Below are positions 9,746 through 18,638 of a DNA stretch of 64,000 bases, one piece after another (the first letter of the stretch is position 1; each line of letters begins with the position of its first letter). A program made the position numbers and the translations under genes. The stretch is from an uncultured bacterium (GTDB lineage Bacteria; Hydrothermota; UBA3072). Where the stretch lies: positions 6,116 to 70,115 of the forward strand of contig CAZGBM010000001.1 in assembly GCA_964523975.1 (NCBI GenBank), read 5' to 3'. The notes under the pieces were generated by a model, which worked only from the letters and a program-made list of their open reading frames with translations, was not told the origin of the DNA and did no database searches.

Positions 9746-10786
9746 CTATCCTCCTAAGTTACTTCTTATTAGTCGCGCTCTTAGAATATTTTCTTCTTTC
9801 TCATTATTCATATCTTCATTCAAAATATTCAGATGTCCGGGGAGAGCTTGAAAAAGCCATTTGTTCAAATCCATAATATTAATATCTCTTATAATGCCCA
9901 AACTCAACCCGAGCCTTACAGCCGACGTCAAATTTAAGAAATCGGTAACCGACAGAATACGCGCATTCTTAAGTATTCCATAAGATCTCCAGATTTTATC
10001 TTCCGTCTCATAGCCGACTTTTTGTGTTAAATATTCTCTGCTGCTAACTTCATTCTTCATTATACCTTTGATTTTATTCTCGAACAATTCCAATATTTCC
10101 TCTTCGGAAATACCCAGAGTAAATCTACTGTTTACTTTAAAATAACTTCCCTCCACGCTTTCCCCTATATTGAAAACGCCATCAATAGAGAAAAGAGAAT
10201 CCTCAAGATCATCGATAACTTCCACAAATTTACCTGTGATGACAAGAGCGGGAAGATGAACCACGGCAGAAACCACCATACCTGTTCCAACCTTATCGAC
10301 TGCAGAAGTAAGAAATCCTAATTCCTCATTATACGCAAAATTGAATTCCTCGTTAAGCTCGTCATCCAAATTATCGCATTGAACGAATGCCTCTTTGACG
10401 GATAATTCGGGAGATATAGAAGAAATTTCAAGATGTTCCTCCGAGTTCAAAACGAGTATATTGTTTTGCAAATCGTTTAAAGCCAAACCTAGAAACCTAC
10501 AATTACCTGCCTGATCTCGCGAAATGAAATTCCTCTCTACAAAGAATCTCTTCTCATTATCTTTCAGGTCTTTCAGCTGAATAACATTCTCGAAGGAAGA
10601 CGAGGTTGATATCCCTTCGATAAGTAAATCCAGAATTTCTTCTTTCTCTTTGTCCGAAGTCTTCTTGTTGAACTTATATCCTCCCAGGTTGCGGTACAGG
10701 GAAACTTTGGAAAACAGAACCATCTCCGAATAAGGACCAACCTTTTCCAGCCACACGGGAAGATGCTCTATCAGAGAATCAATCAT
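9746..10786 (-). CDS. mcsB: Protein arginine kinase McsB (phosphagen-kinase fold)
   Basis: 346 aa; resembles Bacillus McsB around EELGFLTSAVDKVGTGM...HLPALV and RSYGILKNARIL...RLGLSLGII. Confidence 0.75.
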   Translation of the reverse strand: MIDSLIEHLPVWLEKVGPYSEMVLFSKVSLYRNLGGYKFNKKTSDKEKEEILDLLIEGISTSSSFENVIQLKDLKDNEKRFFVERNFISRDQAGNCRFLGLALNDLQNNILVLNSEEHLEISSISPELSVKEAFVQCDNLDDELNEEFNFAYNEELGFLTSAVDKVGTGMVVSAVVHLPALVITGKFVEVIDDLEDSLFSIDGVFNIGESVEGSYFKVNSRFTLGISEEEILELFENKIKGIMKNEVSSREYLTQKVGYETEDKIWRSYGILKNARILSVTDFLNLTSAVRLGLSLGIIRDINIMDLNKWLFQALPGHLNILNEDMNNEKEENILRARLIRSNLGG

Positions 10787-11246
10787 TTTTTCCTCTTATG
10801 GATTTAAGTTCTTCTTTCCGTTCCTCAATTTTATCTCTTAGCTTCACAGCTTCTTCGAATTTTTCACCTTCAACGTAACTTTCAAGTTTCTTTTTCATTT
10901 CCAGGATTTCTTTTTTTACAATTAGAATCTTGCTGTTACTAACAGGCTCTTTTCCTTTGTGTAAAATTCCCAATTGCGATTCTTTAAGAAATATTTTAAT
11001 CTCGTCATTTAAAATCTTATAACATTCGACACACCCAAGACTACTGGAATCCTTATATTCGATAAAAGTAAGCCCGCAGTTCGGACATACTTTGTTTCTA
11101 TCCGCAAGAGTTTCCTCTTTGTTTTTTCCGTCAATACCCTTTTCTCTAGCACATTCCTCGCAAATATTTATCTCGCGAACTTTATCGGAATCCACTTCAT
11201 AATATTTATATTTCGCGTTATTTATTCCGCATAACTCGCATTTCAT
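10779..11246 (-). CDS. mcsA: McsA-like activator of McsB (CxxC zinc fingers plus UVR motif)
   Basis: 155 aa; CELC...CEEC and CPNC...CVEC zinc knuckles followed by a C-terminal UVR-like EEAVKLRDKIEERKEEL. Confidence 0.65.
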   Translation of the reverse strand: MKCELCGINNAKYKYYEVDSDKVREINICEECAREKGIDGKNKEETLADRNKVCPNCGLTFIEYKDSSSLGCVECYKILNDEIKIFLKESQLGILHKGKEPVSNSKILIVKKEILEMKKKLESYVEGEKFEEAVKLRDKIEERKEELKSIRGKND

Positions 11247-11947
11247 TTATTTTTTAACTTTCCTCCAATTAAATTATACGTTTTTTCACCCATTTGTGCA
11301 AGCCTCTGATTATGGCTTACAAGAATAATTGTCATTCCTCTATCGCGATGTATTTTACTCAACATTTTTAAAACTACGTCTGCGTGAACCCGGTCTAAAT
11401 CACCCGTAGGTTCATCCGCGAGTAACAATACAGGGTGATTTATAATTGCACGAAGCACGGCAACCCTCTGCCTTTCTCCTCCGGAAAGAGTCCTCGGCTT
11501 AGCATGTATCCTGTGTTTGAGATCAACTCGAGAAAGCAAATCTTCCGATTCTCTATAAGCTTCTTTAAGAGTAATACCCTTTATCAAAAGAGGTATCGTT
11601 AAATTTTCTAACACGGAAAAATCAAGAAGAAGGTGATGGAATTGAAATATAAATCCTATTCTCTCGTTTCTTATCTTTGCAAGTTCCTTATCCTGATGCT
11701 TATACAGAGATTTCCCTTCAAGTATAACATTTCCTTTATCGGGGTGCAGGAGCCCGCCCATAATATTAAGCAGAGTACTTTTCCCGGAACCCGAGGGTCC
11801 GGTTATTGTTATAAAATCGCTTTTCTTTATTTCCAGATTAATACCCTCCAGAACTTTTATTTCCTCATCACCGGAGGTAAAATTCTTTTTTATATCCTCA
11901 AGAGCTATTATAATATCACTCATTTCTGATAGCCTCCACGGGGTCAA
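11243..11947 (-). CDS. lolD: Lipoprotein-releasing system ATP-binding protein LolD
   Basis: 234 aa; Walker A GPSGSGKSTLLN, ABC signature LSGGERQR; 4-nt overlap with mcsA. Confidence 0.8.
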   Translation of the reverse strand: MTPWRLSEMSDIIIALEDIKKNFTSGDEEIKVLEGINLEIKKSDFITITGPSGSGKSTLLNIMGGLLHPDKGNVILEGKSLYKHQDKELAKIRNERIGFIFQFHHLLLDFSVLENLTIPLLIKGITLKEAYRESEDLLSRVDLKHRIHAKPRTLSGGERQRVAVLRAIINHPVLLLADEPTGDLDRVHADVVLKMLSKIHRDRGMTIILVSHNQRLAQMGEKTYNLIGGKLKNK

Positions 11948-13142
11948 GTTTCGAAGCTTTCATCGCGGGATATAAAGCTGCAAAGAGAGATAAAACTACC
12001 GCGGAAAAAGCCACCAAAAGAAAATCGACCACTTGCATCTCCACCGGCAATTTAGTAAGGAAATAAACATCCGAAGGCAAATCAATAAACTTATATTTAC
12101 CTAAAAGGAAGCAAAGCACCCAGGCAATAGTAATTCCGATAGCGGTCCCGCCTCCGCCTACTATAAGACCATCTATAAGGAAGACTTTCGTAATCGAAGA
12201 AGCAGAGGCTCCTAAAGCTTTAAGAATGCCTATTTCCCGCATTTTTCCTAAAACGATAAGGACCAGAGAAGAAATAATATTAAAAGCCGCAACAATTATT
12301 ATAAGAATCAATATTATAAACATGACTTTCTTCTCTATTTCCAGAGCCCTGAGTAACGTTCTGTTCCTATCCATCCAATTTATAGCCCGAAACGGATAAC
12401 CAAGTTCCGCTACAATAGCGACCGAAAGTTCCGGAGCATCATATGGGTCATCCACCGTAAAATCAATACCCGTTACCCCGTTAATCCCAAAAAGATTACC
12501 AGCATTTTCCAGCGATATTATGGCAAGCGTTGCATTGTATTCGTACATACCCATATCAAAGACTCCAGACAGTATATAATCATCAGAAGGGAGAAGAAAC
12601 CCAAAAGGGGTCGGCGCAGAAGAAAAAGGAGAAGAAATTGTTATCGTATCTCCCACATGAGCCCACAAACGGTCGGCCAGATAATTCCCGAGAACCACTT
12701 TCCTACCGGAAAGGTCAAATTCACCGGTTTCGATGTTCTTGGGAATATCGGAAACCAGAGAGAACGAATTGGGGTCAACACCTCTTATTATGGCTCCGTC
12801 AGTTCTTCTTTTGTGTCTCAAAAGAGCCTTTTCGTAAATATAAGGCGAGGCGTCTTTAATATCCGGCACACTTTCCTTTAAACTGTCCACAATCGACTGC
12901 CAATCGGTAAAAGCTTCCTGGTCTATTGTCATGACCGTAATCGGAGAACTAGCACCGAGAACTTTGTTTTTAAGGTCGGTCTGCATTCCATTCATTACCG
13001 AAAGTACCACCAGAAGTGTCGCAACACCCAGGCCTATTCCTCCTGCCGCAAAGAGTGTTATCAAAGACCTAAAGCCCTCTCCTTTCTTAATTCGAATATA
13101 TCTCTTGGCAAGAAAGAATTCTATATTAAACAGCTTCTTCAT
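11916..13142 (-). CDS. lolE: Lipoprotein-releasing system permease, LolC/LolE family (FtsX-like); single permease gene
   Basis: MacB-like periplasmic domain plus C-terminal FtsX 4-TM domain; start placed at ATG (MKKLFNIEFFLAKRY), the ORF-track start being an upstream TTG extension. Confidence 0.75.
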   Translation of the reverse strand: MKKLFNIEFFLAKRYIRIKKGEGFRSLITLFAAGGIGLGVATLLVVLSVMNGMQTDLKNKVLGASSPITVMTIDQEAFTDWQSIVDSLKESVPDIKDASPYIYEKALLRHKRRTDGAIIRGVDPNSFSLVSDIPKNIETGEFDLSGRKVVLGNYLADRLWAHVGDTITISSPFSSAPTPFGFLLPSDDYILSGVFDMGMYEYNATLAIISLENAGNLFGINGVTGIDFTVDDPYDAPELSVAIVAELGYPFRAINWMDRNRTLLRALEIEKKVMFIILILIIIVAAFNIISSLVLIVLGKMREIGILKALGASASSITKVFLIDGLIVGGGGTAIGITIAWVLCFLLGKYKFIDLPSDVYFLTKLPVEMQVVDFLLVAFSAVVLSLFAALYPAMKASKLDPVEAIRNE

Positions 13143-13189
13143 ACAATTTAGTATATTCTTTTTACTCCTTTGAGCAAGGGGGATGAAGA

Positions 13190-13400
13190 AAATCAAATAT
13201 CAAAAATCAAAATGACAAATAAAAATGTAAAATTATAAATCAAAACAAAAAAAGAGAAACAACGAATCACACAAATAGCACGAATAAAAACAAAAAAATT
13301 CTATTTTTTGTAAAAAATAACTATCGTTAATTCATTTGTGTAATTTGTGCTATTTGTTGTTAAAATAGGGGATGTTGGGGGATAAACAGAGAAATCTTTG
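13190..13400. repeat. Solo arm plus internal modules of the IVS-like repeat family
   Basis: Arm at 13190-13250; agaaacaacgaatcacacaaatagcacgaat and gtgtaatttgtgctatttgttgttaaaatagggg modules match the element at 2240-2505 in reverse orientation. Confidence 0.55.
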
Positions 13401-13419
13401 TGTTCTTTGTGGTTATAAC

Positions 13420-14214
13420 TCACTCCAGGCTTTTCAAAAAATCTTTAATTGCAGCGATATAAATCTCTTTCGACTCCGAAAAATAAGTGTTATGAAACCC
13501 ATGAATTTTGAGAAATCTTTTGGGCGCCGGAGCTTCATCGAATAACTTCTTTCCGTGATAAAAAGGTATTAAACCATCATTTTCGCTGTGTATAATCAAT
13601 TTCGGGGCTTTTATATTCTTTATTCTCTTAACAGATTCAAAACGATTCGATATTAAAGCTTGCGGGTAATTAAAACCAAGTTTTGCATAACTCATAGCTC
13701 GAATGGACTCGAAAGAACTATCCACTATCACTCCTTTGAATCCTTCAATTTCGCTCGCAAGAAAAACAGCGACAGCGCCTCCAAGGGACCTACCGAAAAG
13801 AACAATATCTCTACTGTCGAAACCTCTACTTTTAAGGTAATCATACGCACCCAAAGCATCACTATATAAACCCTTTTCGCTTGGTATGCCGTCACTTCTA
13901 CCAAAGCCTCTATAATCGAATATAAAAATATTATATCCAAGCAAATGCAGCTCTTTGATAGTATCTATTTCATACGAAATATTACCAAAATTACCGTGAA
14001 AAAAAAGAACAGCCACAGGGGACATCCCCCCAACGAACCAACCGTTAAGCAGAACATAGTCACGGGAAGCAAAATTGGCGTCTTCGAACTCAATACCGAA
14101 ATCGGAAGGAAAAGCAATTAATTCTCTTTTAGCCCTGTAGATTTTGATATGCTCGTAATATTTGAGTGCAAAAAAAAGAAAAAGAATTAAAAACAATAAA
14201 AAAAACAAAAACAT
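13420..14214 (-). CDS. Alpha/beta-fold hydrolase (membrane-anchored)
   Basis: 264 aa; N-terminal hydrophobic segment, nucleophile elbow GRSLGG, HG oxyanion region. Confidence 0.65.
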   Translation of the reverse strand: MFLFFLLFLILFLFFALKYYEHIKIYRAKRELIAFPSDFGIEFEDANFASRDYVLLNGWFVGGMSPVAVLFFHGNFGNISYEIDTIKELHLLGYNIFIFDYRGFGRSDGIPSEKGLYSDALGAYDYLKSRGFDSRDIVLFGRSLGGAVAVFLASEIEGFKGVIVDSSFESIRAMSYAKLGFNYPQALISNRFESVKRIKNIKAPKLIIHSENDGLIPFYHGKKLFDEAPAPKRFLKIHGFHNTYFSESKEIYIAAIKDFLKSLE

Positions 14215-14235
14215 TAATGATATAAGAAAGACTTT

Positions 14236-14481
14236 TTACTTATCGCTCTTATCCTCACTTTTCTCTTTTTCCTTATCCTTCCCCGTTTCACTACCGCTTG
14301 ATTTTTTATAATCGGTATGATAAAAGCCTTTGCCTTTGAATATAATACCCCCACCCATACCAATCAATCTCTTCAACCTACCACCGCATTCAGGACATAC
14401 AGTCAAAGGTTTATCTTTCATTCCTTGAGATTTTTCGAACTTATGTTTACAGTCCAAGCACTCATATTCATAAGTCGGCAT
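14236..14481 (-). CDS. FmdB-family zinc-ribbon protein
   Basis: 81 aa; MPTYEYECLDCKHKFE...CPECGG motif, acidic/Ser-rich tail. Confidence 0.6.
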   Translation of the reverse strand: MPTYEYECLDCKHKFEKSQGMKDKPLTVCPECGGRLKRLIGMGGGIIFKGKGFYHTDYKKSSGSETGKDKEKEKSEDKSDK

Positions 14482-14699
14482 ATAACCTCCTGCTTTACAG
14501 TATTACCAATCAACTTTTTGTTCTTTTGCAAAAAAATATCTCATTTAGTTCTACCTTCCTTTCACGGTAAATAAAATATCAAAATTTAAAAAGCAAAATG
14601 ACAAATGAAAATGCAAAATTATCTCCTACCTTTCAGCGTTAAAACACTTGAAGCAAAAATTTTACTGATTTCATCCAATTCTCTTAAGAACCAACCAAC

Positions 14700-14990
14700 T
14701 TATTCTGGCATGGCTCTTTTAATATCTCCAAGCAGATTAATCCATAGTTTACTTTCATTAGTAGATTTAAGAGAATAATTGAAATAATTTGTAAAATCTC
14801 TCTTACTGCTTGCAGATTGACCTTCAACATAATTACCTAAGATACTTGTACCACTGCAAAGCAATTGATCTCCAAGTCTTTTAGACACATTATCTTTAGG
14901 TAAACCATCTAAAAACTCAATAAGCTTCAGGACAAAGTTGTACAACCTTTTTTTGTATTCATTTTTGAACTTTGATTTGTCATTTTCCAT
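14700..14990 (-). CDS. Four-helix-bundle protein (23S rRNA intervening-sequence protein family)
   Basis: 96 aa; family-typical length and composition; its start codon and first ~11 codons lie inside the dispersed 'arm' repeat. Confidence 0.65.
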   Translation of the reverse strand: MENDKSKFKNEYKKRLYNFVLKLIEFLDGLPKDNVSKRLGDQLLCSGTSILGNYVEGQSASSKRDFTNYFNYSLKSTNESKLWINLLGDIKRAMPE

Positions 14991-15035
14991 TTTGATATTT
15001 AATCTTTACATTTTAGCGGCTTTGCCACTTTATCA

Positions 15036-15064
15036 AATATATTTCTCTAAAACCGCTTGTCAAG
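15036..15064 (-). promoter_or_regulatory. Sigma70-type promoter (TTGACA-17-TATATT) for the four-helix-bundle gene
   Basis: Minus-strand reading cTTGACAagcggttttagagaaatATATTTgat, followed by the gcggcaaagccgc hairpin and the arm containing the ATG. Confidence 0.45.
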
Positions 15065-15073
15065 TGAAGTCGA

Positions 15074-17788
15074 CTAACGACTCTTATCCCCTGATTCCAT
15101 CTTCCCTTTTTCGGCTCTCATATCTTCCAGAACCTTATCCAGATTTTTATCACCAGGGAATCTATCTTTAACTCTCCGAGTTAACTCAATAGCACTTCCA
15201 ATATTATCTCTTCTTAAAAGCATAAAAACGTCGGAAAACACCTTGTTGTCTTCTAACAATTTATCAATTAGATTCTCCAACTTTTCTCCTTCGCCGGAAG
15301 CAACATACGTTTCCACAAGACCCTTATAAGCGAACAAATGCCATCCTTTCATGGGAAGTAATTTATTGAAATCATCTTCCGCAAGAGCCAACATATTTTT
15401 TGCTTCTTCTTTATGCTCCGTACTTCCTGCCTTCATTACAAGTAACTCACCCCGCAACAAACGAAGTCTCGGGACATCTTTTATCTTGAGAAACGAATTT
15501 GCAAATTGGAGACCATCATCGTAATCATTCAATTTTTTATAAATCAACTTCTGTGCCTCAATCAAATTAACAGCCAAACGTAAGAAAACTCCGTCATTCT
15601 CAGCATATATAAAAACTTTACTGTAAAGATTTTCGAGCATTTTAAGTGTATCCTCTGCAGGCCCTGTTGTCTTTCCAGATATCAAATTAGGGTAAATATC
15701 ATAGAAAACTTCATCACTAAAAGAAAACAATGTTATAGCAAGGTTCACCAGAGTCATAATTTGAGCTTCGCTTTCCAAATTAGCCCAGAAGTTATCATAA
15801 TAACTATATGCAAATTCGTTCAGGAAAAGATTCATTGTCTTTTCTCTATTACTCTTGAAACCAACTTTTTCTTTAACAAGTTTATAAGCAAGTCCTTCCT
15901 GTAACAAATGTTCGCTAAACGCATTACGATAATCGCCGGGAATAGGAGAGGAAAAATATATATTGATTGAAGGATTGAAATCTTCACTGTTTACATACTT
16001 TTCGACAAACAAATCCAATTTCATAAAGATATCTTCCAGGCTAGGTTTCTTCCCTATTGCGGAAAGGATTATTGATTTAACCGCCATATCCTTCAATTCG
16101 ACCATACCGCCATCTCTGAGGACCATTGCTCCGGGTATAGTGTCTATAATCCAATCCTCGAAATCCTTATTCGTTCTGCCCATCTGTTTTTCCTGTTTGT
16201 ACTCGTTCCAAAATCTTGTATGCATAAAAGGTGACGCAAAATCCATCGGGATACCCGATTCTTTAAGCTCTTTTATATACCACTTGGTATTCATAAGAGA
16301 GAAATTACCCAGCCTGACGCCTTTCTTTTTCTCCGGGTCGAATTTTCTGAAATCTTTAACCTCCTGCAGGAACCAGACCGGGAACGTATCGTTGTCTCCG
16401 TATGTAAAGAGAATGGAATTATCATCCGGACTAACCAGTAAATTATGAGCGTAATCATGAGCAATCCAGTTCCCTCTCCTGTTTGCGTGAGAATTTATGT
16501 TGCTAACAAAAGGAAGAAAACCAATGATGCCGGAGAGCATTACTGCACTCCACGCATAACGTGGAATTCTTTTCTTTATCCAACTCCATATCCAGTACAG
16601 ACCTATCGATACATACAACATAAAGAGGAAAAATGCCGGACCCCAGAAGTAATCCCTTTCCCTTGGTTCTCGAGGCTTGTGTGCAGGATTCGGGTCGGAC
16701 GGGGAAAACTCATGATTCAGATAAACAACCAACCCTAATGTCAAAATAATATACAGTATGAAGAACAACCAGAAAGACTCCTTATCTTTCTTAAAATGCA
16801 CCCACATCCCCCAGATTCCTATTGAAACATAAATACAGGTTCCGAATATCGATAGATACCGAAGCAAAATTCCGGTAGAAACTCTCGGATAAGGGAAAAA
16901 CTGCCATGAAAAATACTTAAAGAAAACTTTAAGCTGCTCGATAAAAGCAGGTATCACACCCAAGTGGGTTTCCCATGAGGTGTGCCTTGGCAATATATCC
17001 ATTTTACCATATTGCTTCCTCGAAAACACTTCCCATAATTTTGAAAAAGTGGTTGGGTCTACTTCATTAATGGCGGGGTTAGCGTGTGCTCTTATCATTA
17101 AAACCAGGTATGTAGAAACTCCAATCAAAACCAAAGCTGCCGACAAAGCAAGAAATTTCGTGCTCTTCAACATTTTCCAATCAACCAGGATTAAAAATAA
17201 TAAAACTCCCGGTATCAGTAACAATGGCTCTAAACTAATCCCGATTGATAAAGAAATCAAATATACCAATAAAAGTAAATAATTATTATCTCCTTCTTTA
17301 CGAATATTTTCGCTCCAGAGCAGGGTCAGCCACAATCCCAAGGTCACTATCAATATTGACGTTGCATATACTTCTGCTTCTACGGATGAATCCCAGACAC
17401 TAAAACATAACCCTGCTCCAATTGCGGAAAAAGCCGCAATCAAATGATTTCCCAAAGAATGTTCTTTGCCTTTATTCTCTTTGAAGCGGCCTATTACCTT
17501 CAGTATCACAAGATATAAAAAGGCTCCGGCTAAAGCTCCGGATAACGCAGAAATAAAATTTATTCTCTTTGCAACTTCATTGAATGGTAAAAGAATATCG
17601 AATATCCTGCCGAGCAATATATAAAAAGGCGTACCAGGAGGATGCGGTACTCCCAATATATGGGAACAGGCTATAAATTCTCCGCAATCCCACAGGGATA
17701 CGGTAGGAGCTATGGTATATGAATAAACACCAATCAAAACCGCAAAAACAAAAATAAAACACGATATCTTTACCTTATCAAAATTCAT
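15074..17788 (-). CDS. DUF2723/TMEM260-like polytopic membrane protein (glycosyltransferase-like N-terminus, C-terminal TPR-like region)
   Basis: 904 aa; N-terminal motif LWDCGEFIACSHILGVPHPPGTPFY and more than 10 TM helices. Confidence 0.65.
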   Translation of the reverse strand: MNFDKVKISCFIFVFAVLIGVYSYTIAPTVSLWDCGEFIACSHILGVPHPPGTPFYILLGRIFDILLPFNEVAKRINFISALSGALAGAFLYLVILKVIGRFKENKGKEHSLGNHLIAAFSAIGAGLCFSVWDSSVEAEVYATSILIVTLGLWLTLLWSENIRKEGDNNYLLLLVYLISLSIGISLEPLLLIPGVLLFLILVDWKMLKSTKFLALSAALVLIGVSTYLVLMIRAHANPAINEVDPTTFSKLWEVFSRKQYGKMDILPRHTSWETHLGVIPAFIEQLKVFFKYFSWQFFPYPRVSTGILLRYLSIFGTCIYVSIGIWGMWVHFKKDKESFWLFFILYIILTLGLVVYLNHEFSPSDPNPAHKPREPRERDYFWGPAFFLFMLYVSIGLYWIWSWIKKRIPRYAWSAVMLSGIIGFLPFVSNINSHANRRGNWIAHDYAHNLLVSPDDNSILFTYGDNDTFPVWFLQEVKDFRKFDPEKKKGVRLGNFSLMNTKWYIKELKESGIPMDFASPFMHTRFWNEYKQEKQMGRTNKDFEDWIIDTIPGAMVLRDGGMVELKDMAVKSIILSAIGKKPSLEDIFMKLDLFVEKYVNSEDFNPSINIYFSSPIPGDYRNAFSEHLLQEGLAYKLVKEKVGFKSNREKTMNLFLNEFAYSYYDNFWANLESEAQIMTLVNLAITLFSFSDEVFYDIYPNLISGKTTGPAEDTLKMLENLYSKVFIYAENDGVFLRLAVNLIEAQKLIYKKLNDYDDGLQFANSFLKIKDVPRLRLLRGELLVMKAGSTEHKEEAKNMLALAEDDFNKLLPMKGWHLFAYKGLVETYVASGEGEKLENLIDKLLEDNKVFSDVFMLLRRDNIGSAIELTRRVKDRFPGDKNLDKVLEDMRAEKGKMESGDKSR

Positions 17789-18096
17789 TTTTTTAACCCA
17801 CCTTTTATGTTTTTTACGTTATAAAAAAATAAACTATCCGATTATATTTTAATTTTTTTATTATAACAACGAATAATATTATAGCAAGAGAAAAAATTCT
17901 TTTTACTAGCCTGAGAATTTTAACCACAAAGTTATCAAAGAACCATAAAATGATAATGGTAAAGTGAGATATCAGATACCGGGTACCGGATACCAGAAAT
18001 TAGTTAGAAGGTTATCGGTCAATATATCAGTAAATCAGTGAATCGGTAAATTAGTAATAAAAAACAGCTACAGTATCTACATGTCCTACATGTAAA

Positions 18097-18335
18097 AATG
18101 GTGTGTGGGTTGGATTTTAAACCGCAAAATATCCTGTTTATCTTGTTAATCCCGTCTGATTGATTCTTCGAATCGGTTAAATAGTTGAATTGTCGAATGG
18201 TTGAATAGTAGCAACAAAAATTTTTTTATCCGTGACCATCCGTGTTAATCCGTGGCTAATTTCGGGGTTGTGGGTTGGGTTTTAAAGAACAAAAAATCTT
18301 GTGTTAATCTTGTGAAATCTCGTGATTAATTTTCC
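18097..18335. repeat. G-rich modular repeat region in the divergent intergenic region (two blocks)
   Basis: gtgtgtgggttggattttaaaccgcaaaatatcctgtttatcttgttaatcc and ccgtgttaatccgtggctaa...ggttgtgggttgggttttaaagaacaaaaaatcttgtgttaatcttgtg. Confidence 0.55.
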
Positions 18336-18337
18336 CC

Positions 18338-18365
18338 TTGACATCATACAAATATCATATATAAT
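18338..18365 (+). promoter_or_regulatory. Sigma70-type promoter TTGACA-16-TATAAT upstream of the RHH/PIN pair
   Basis: ccTTGACAtcatacaaatatcataTATAATatt; GGAGG at 18387-18391; TTG start at 18398. Confidence 0.5.
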
Positions 18366-18397
18366 ATTAATACATAAACTGTATATAGGAGGCAAAA

Positions 18398-18637
18398 TTG
18401 AAGAGTCAGGCTGTAAATATTTCGTTTAAAAAGGATTTACTAAAGAAGATTGATGACATCGCTAAAGAAGAATCCCGTACCAGGTCTGAACTGGTACGTG
18501 AAGCGGCAAGAATTTACATTGAGAGAAAGGAGGAATGGAGTAAGATTTTTTCTTACGGGGATATTCTTACTCGAGAAAAGCAACTCTCCGAAGAAGACTT
18601 GAAGAAAGAAATAGAAACTTACAGAAAAGAGAAGTAA
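18398..18637 (+). CDS. Ribbon-helix-helix (CopG/VapB-like) antitoxin, TTG start
   Basis: 79 aa; N-terminal RHH pattern (SFKKDLLKKIDDIAKEESRTRSELVREAARIYI); 1-nt gap to the PIN gene. Confidence 0.7.
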   Translation: MKSQAVNISFKKDLLKKIDDIAKEESRTRSELVREAARIYIERKEEWSKIFSYGDILTREKQLSEEDLKKEIETYRKEK

Positions 18638-18638
18638 T

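Larger units (their letters stand above)
14568..15070 (-). mobile_element. Full-length IVS-like element: four-helix-bundle gene bounded by ~55-bp inverted arms
   Basis: Arm at 14568-14622 is the reverse complement of the arm at 14948-15012; the same arm sequence recurs 11 times in the window. Confidence 0.5.

Noticed and set aside
14700-14990. Four-helix-bundle protein as the transposase of the repeat family
   Set aside because: A 96-aa helical protein has no nuclease or recombinase motifs; the family is known as a passenger ORF of rRNA intervening sequences, so any mobility must be supplied in trans or occur by another route.
17789-18397. tRNA or other structured RNA genes in the long intergenic regions (17789-18397, 24188-24788, 48431-48800, 50523-51064)
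   Set aside because: No GTTCGAATC-type T-loop, acceptor-stem complementarity or cloverleaf-compatible arrangement was seen; the regions are explained by the two repeat families and promoters.
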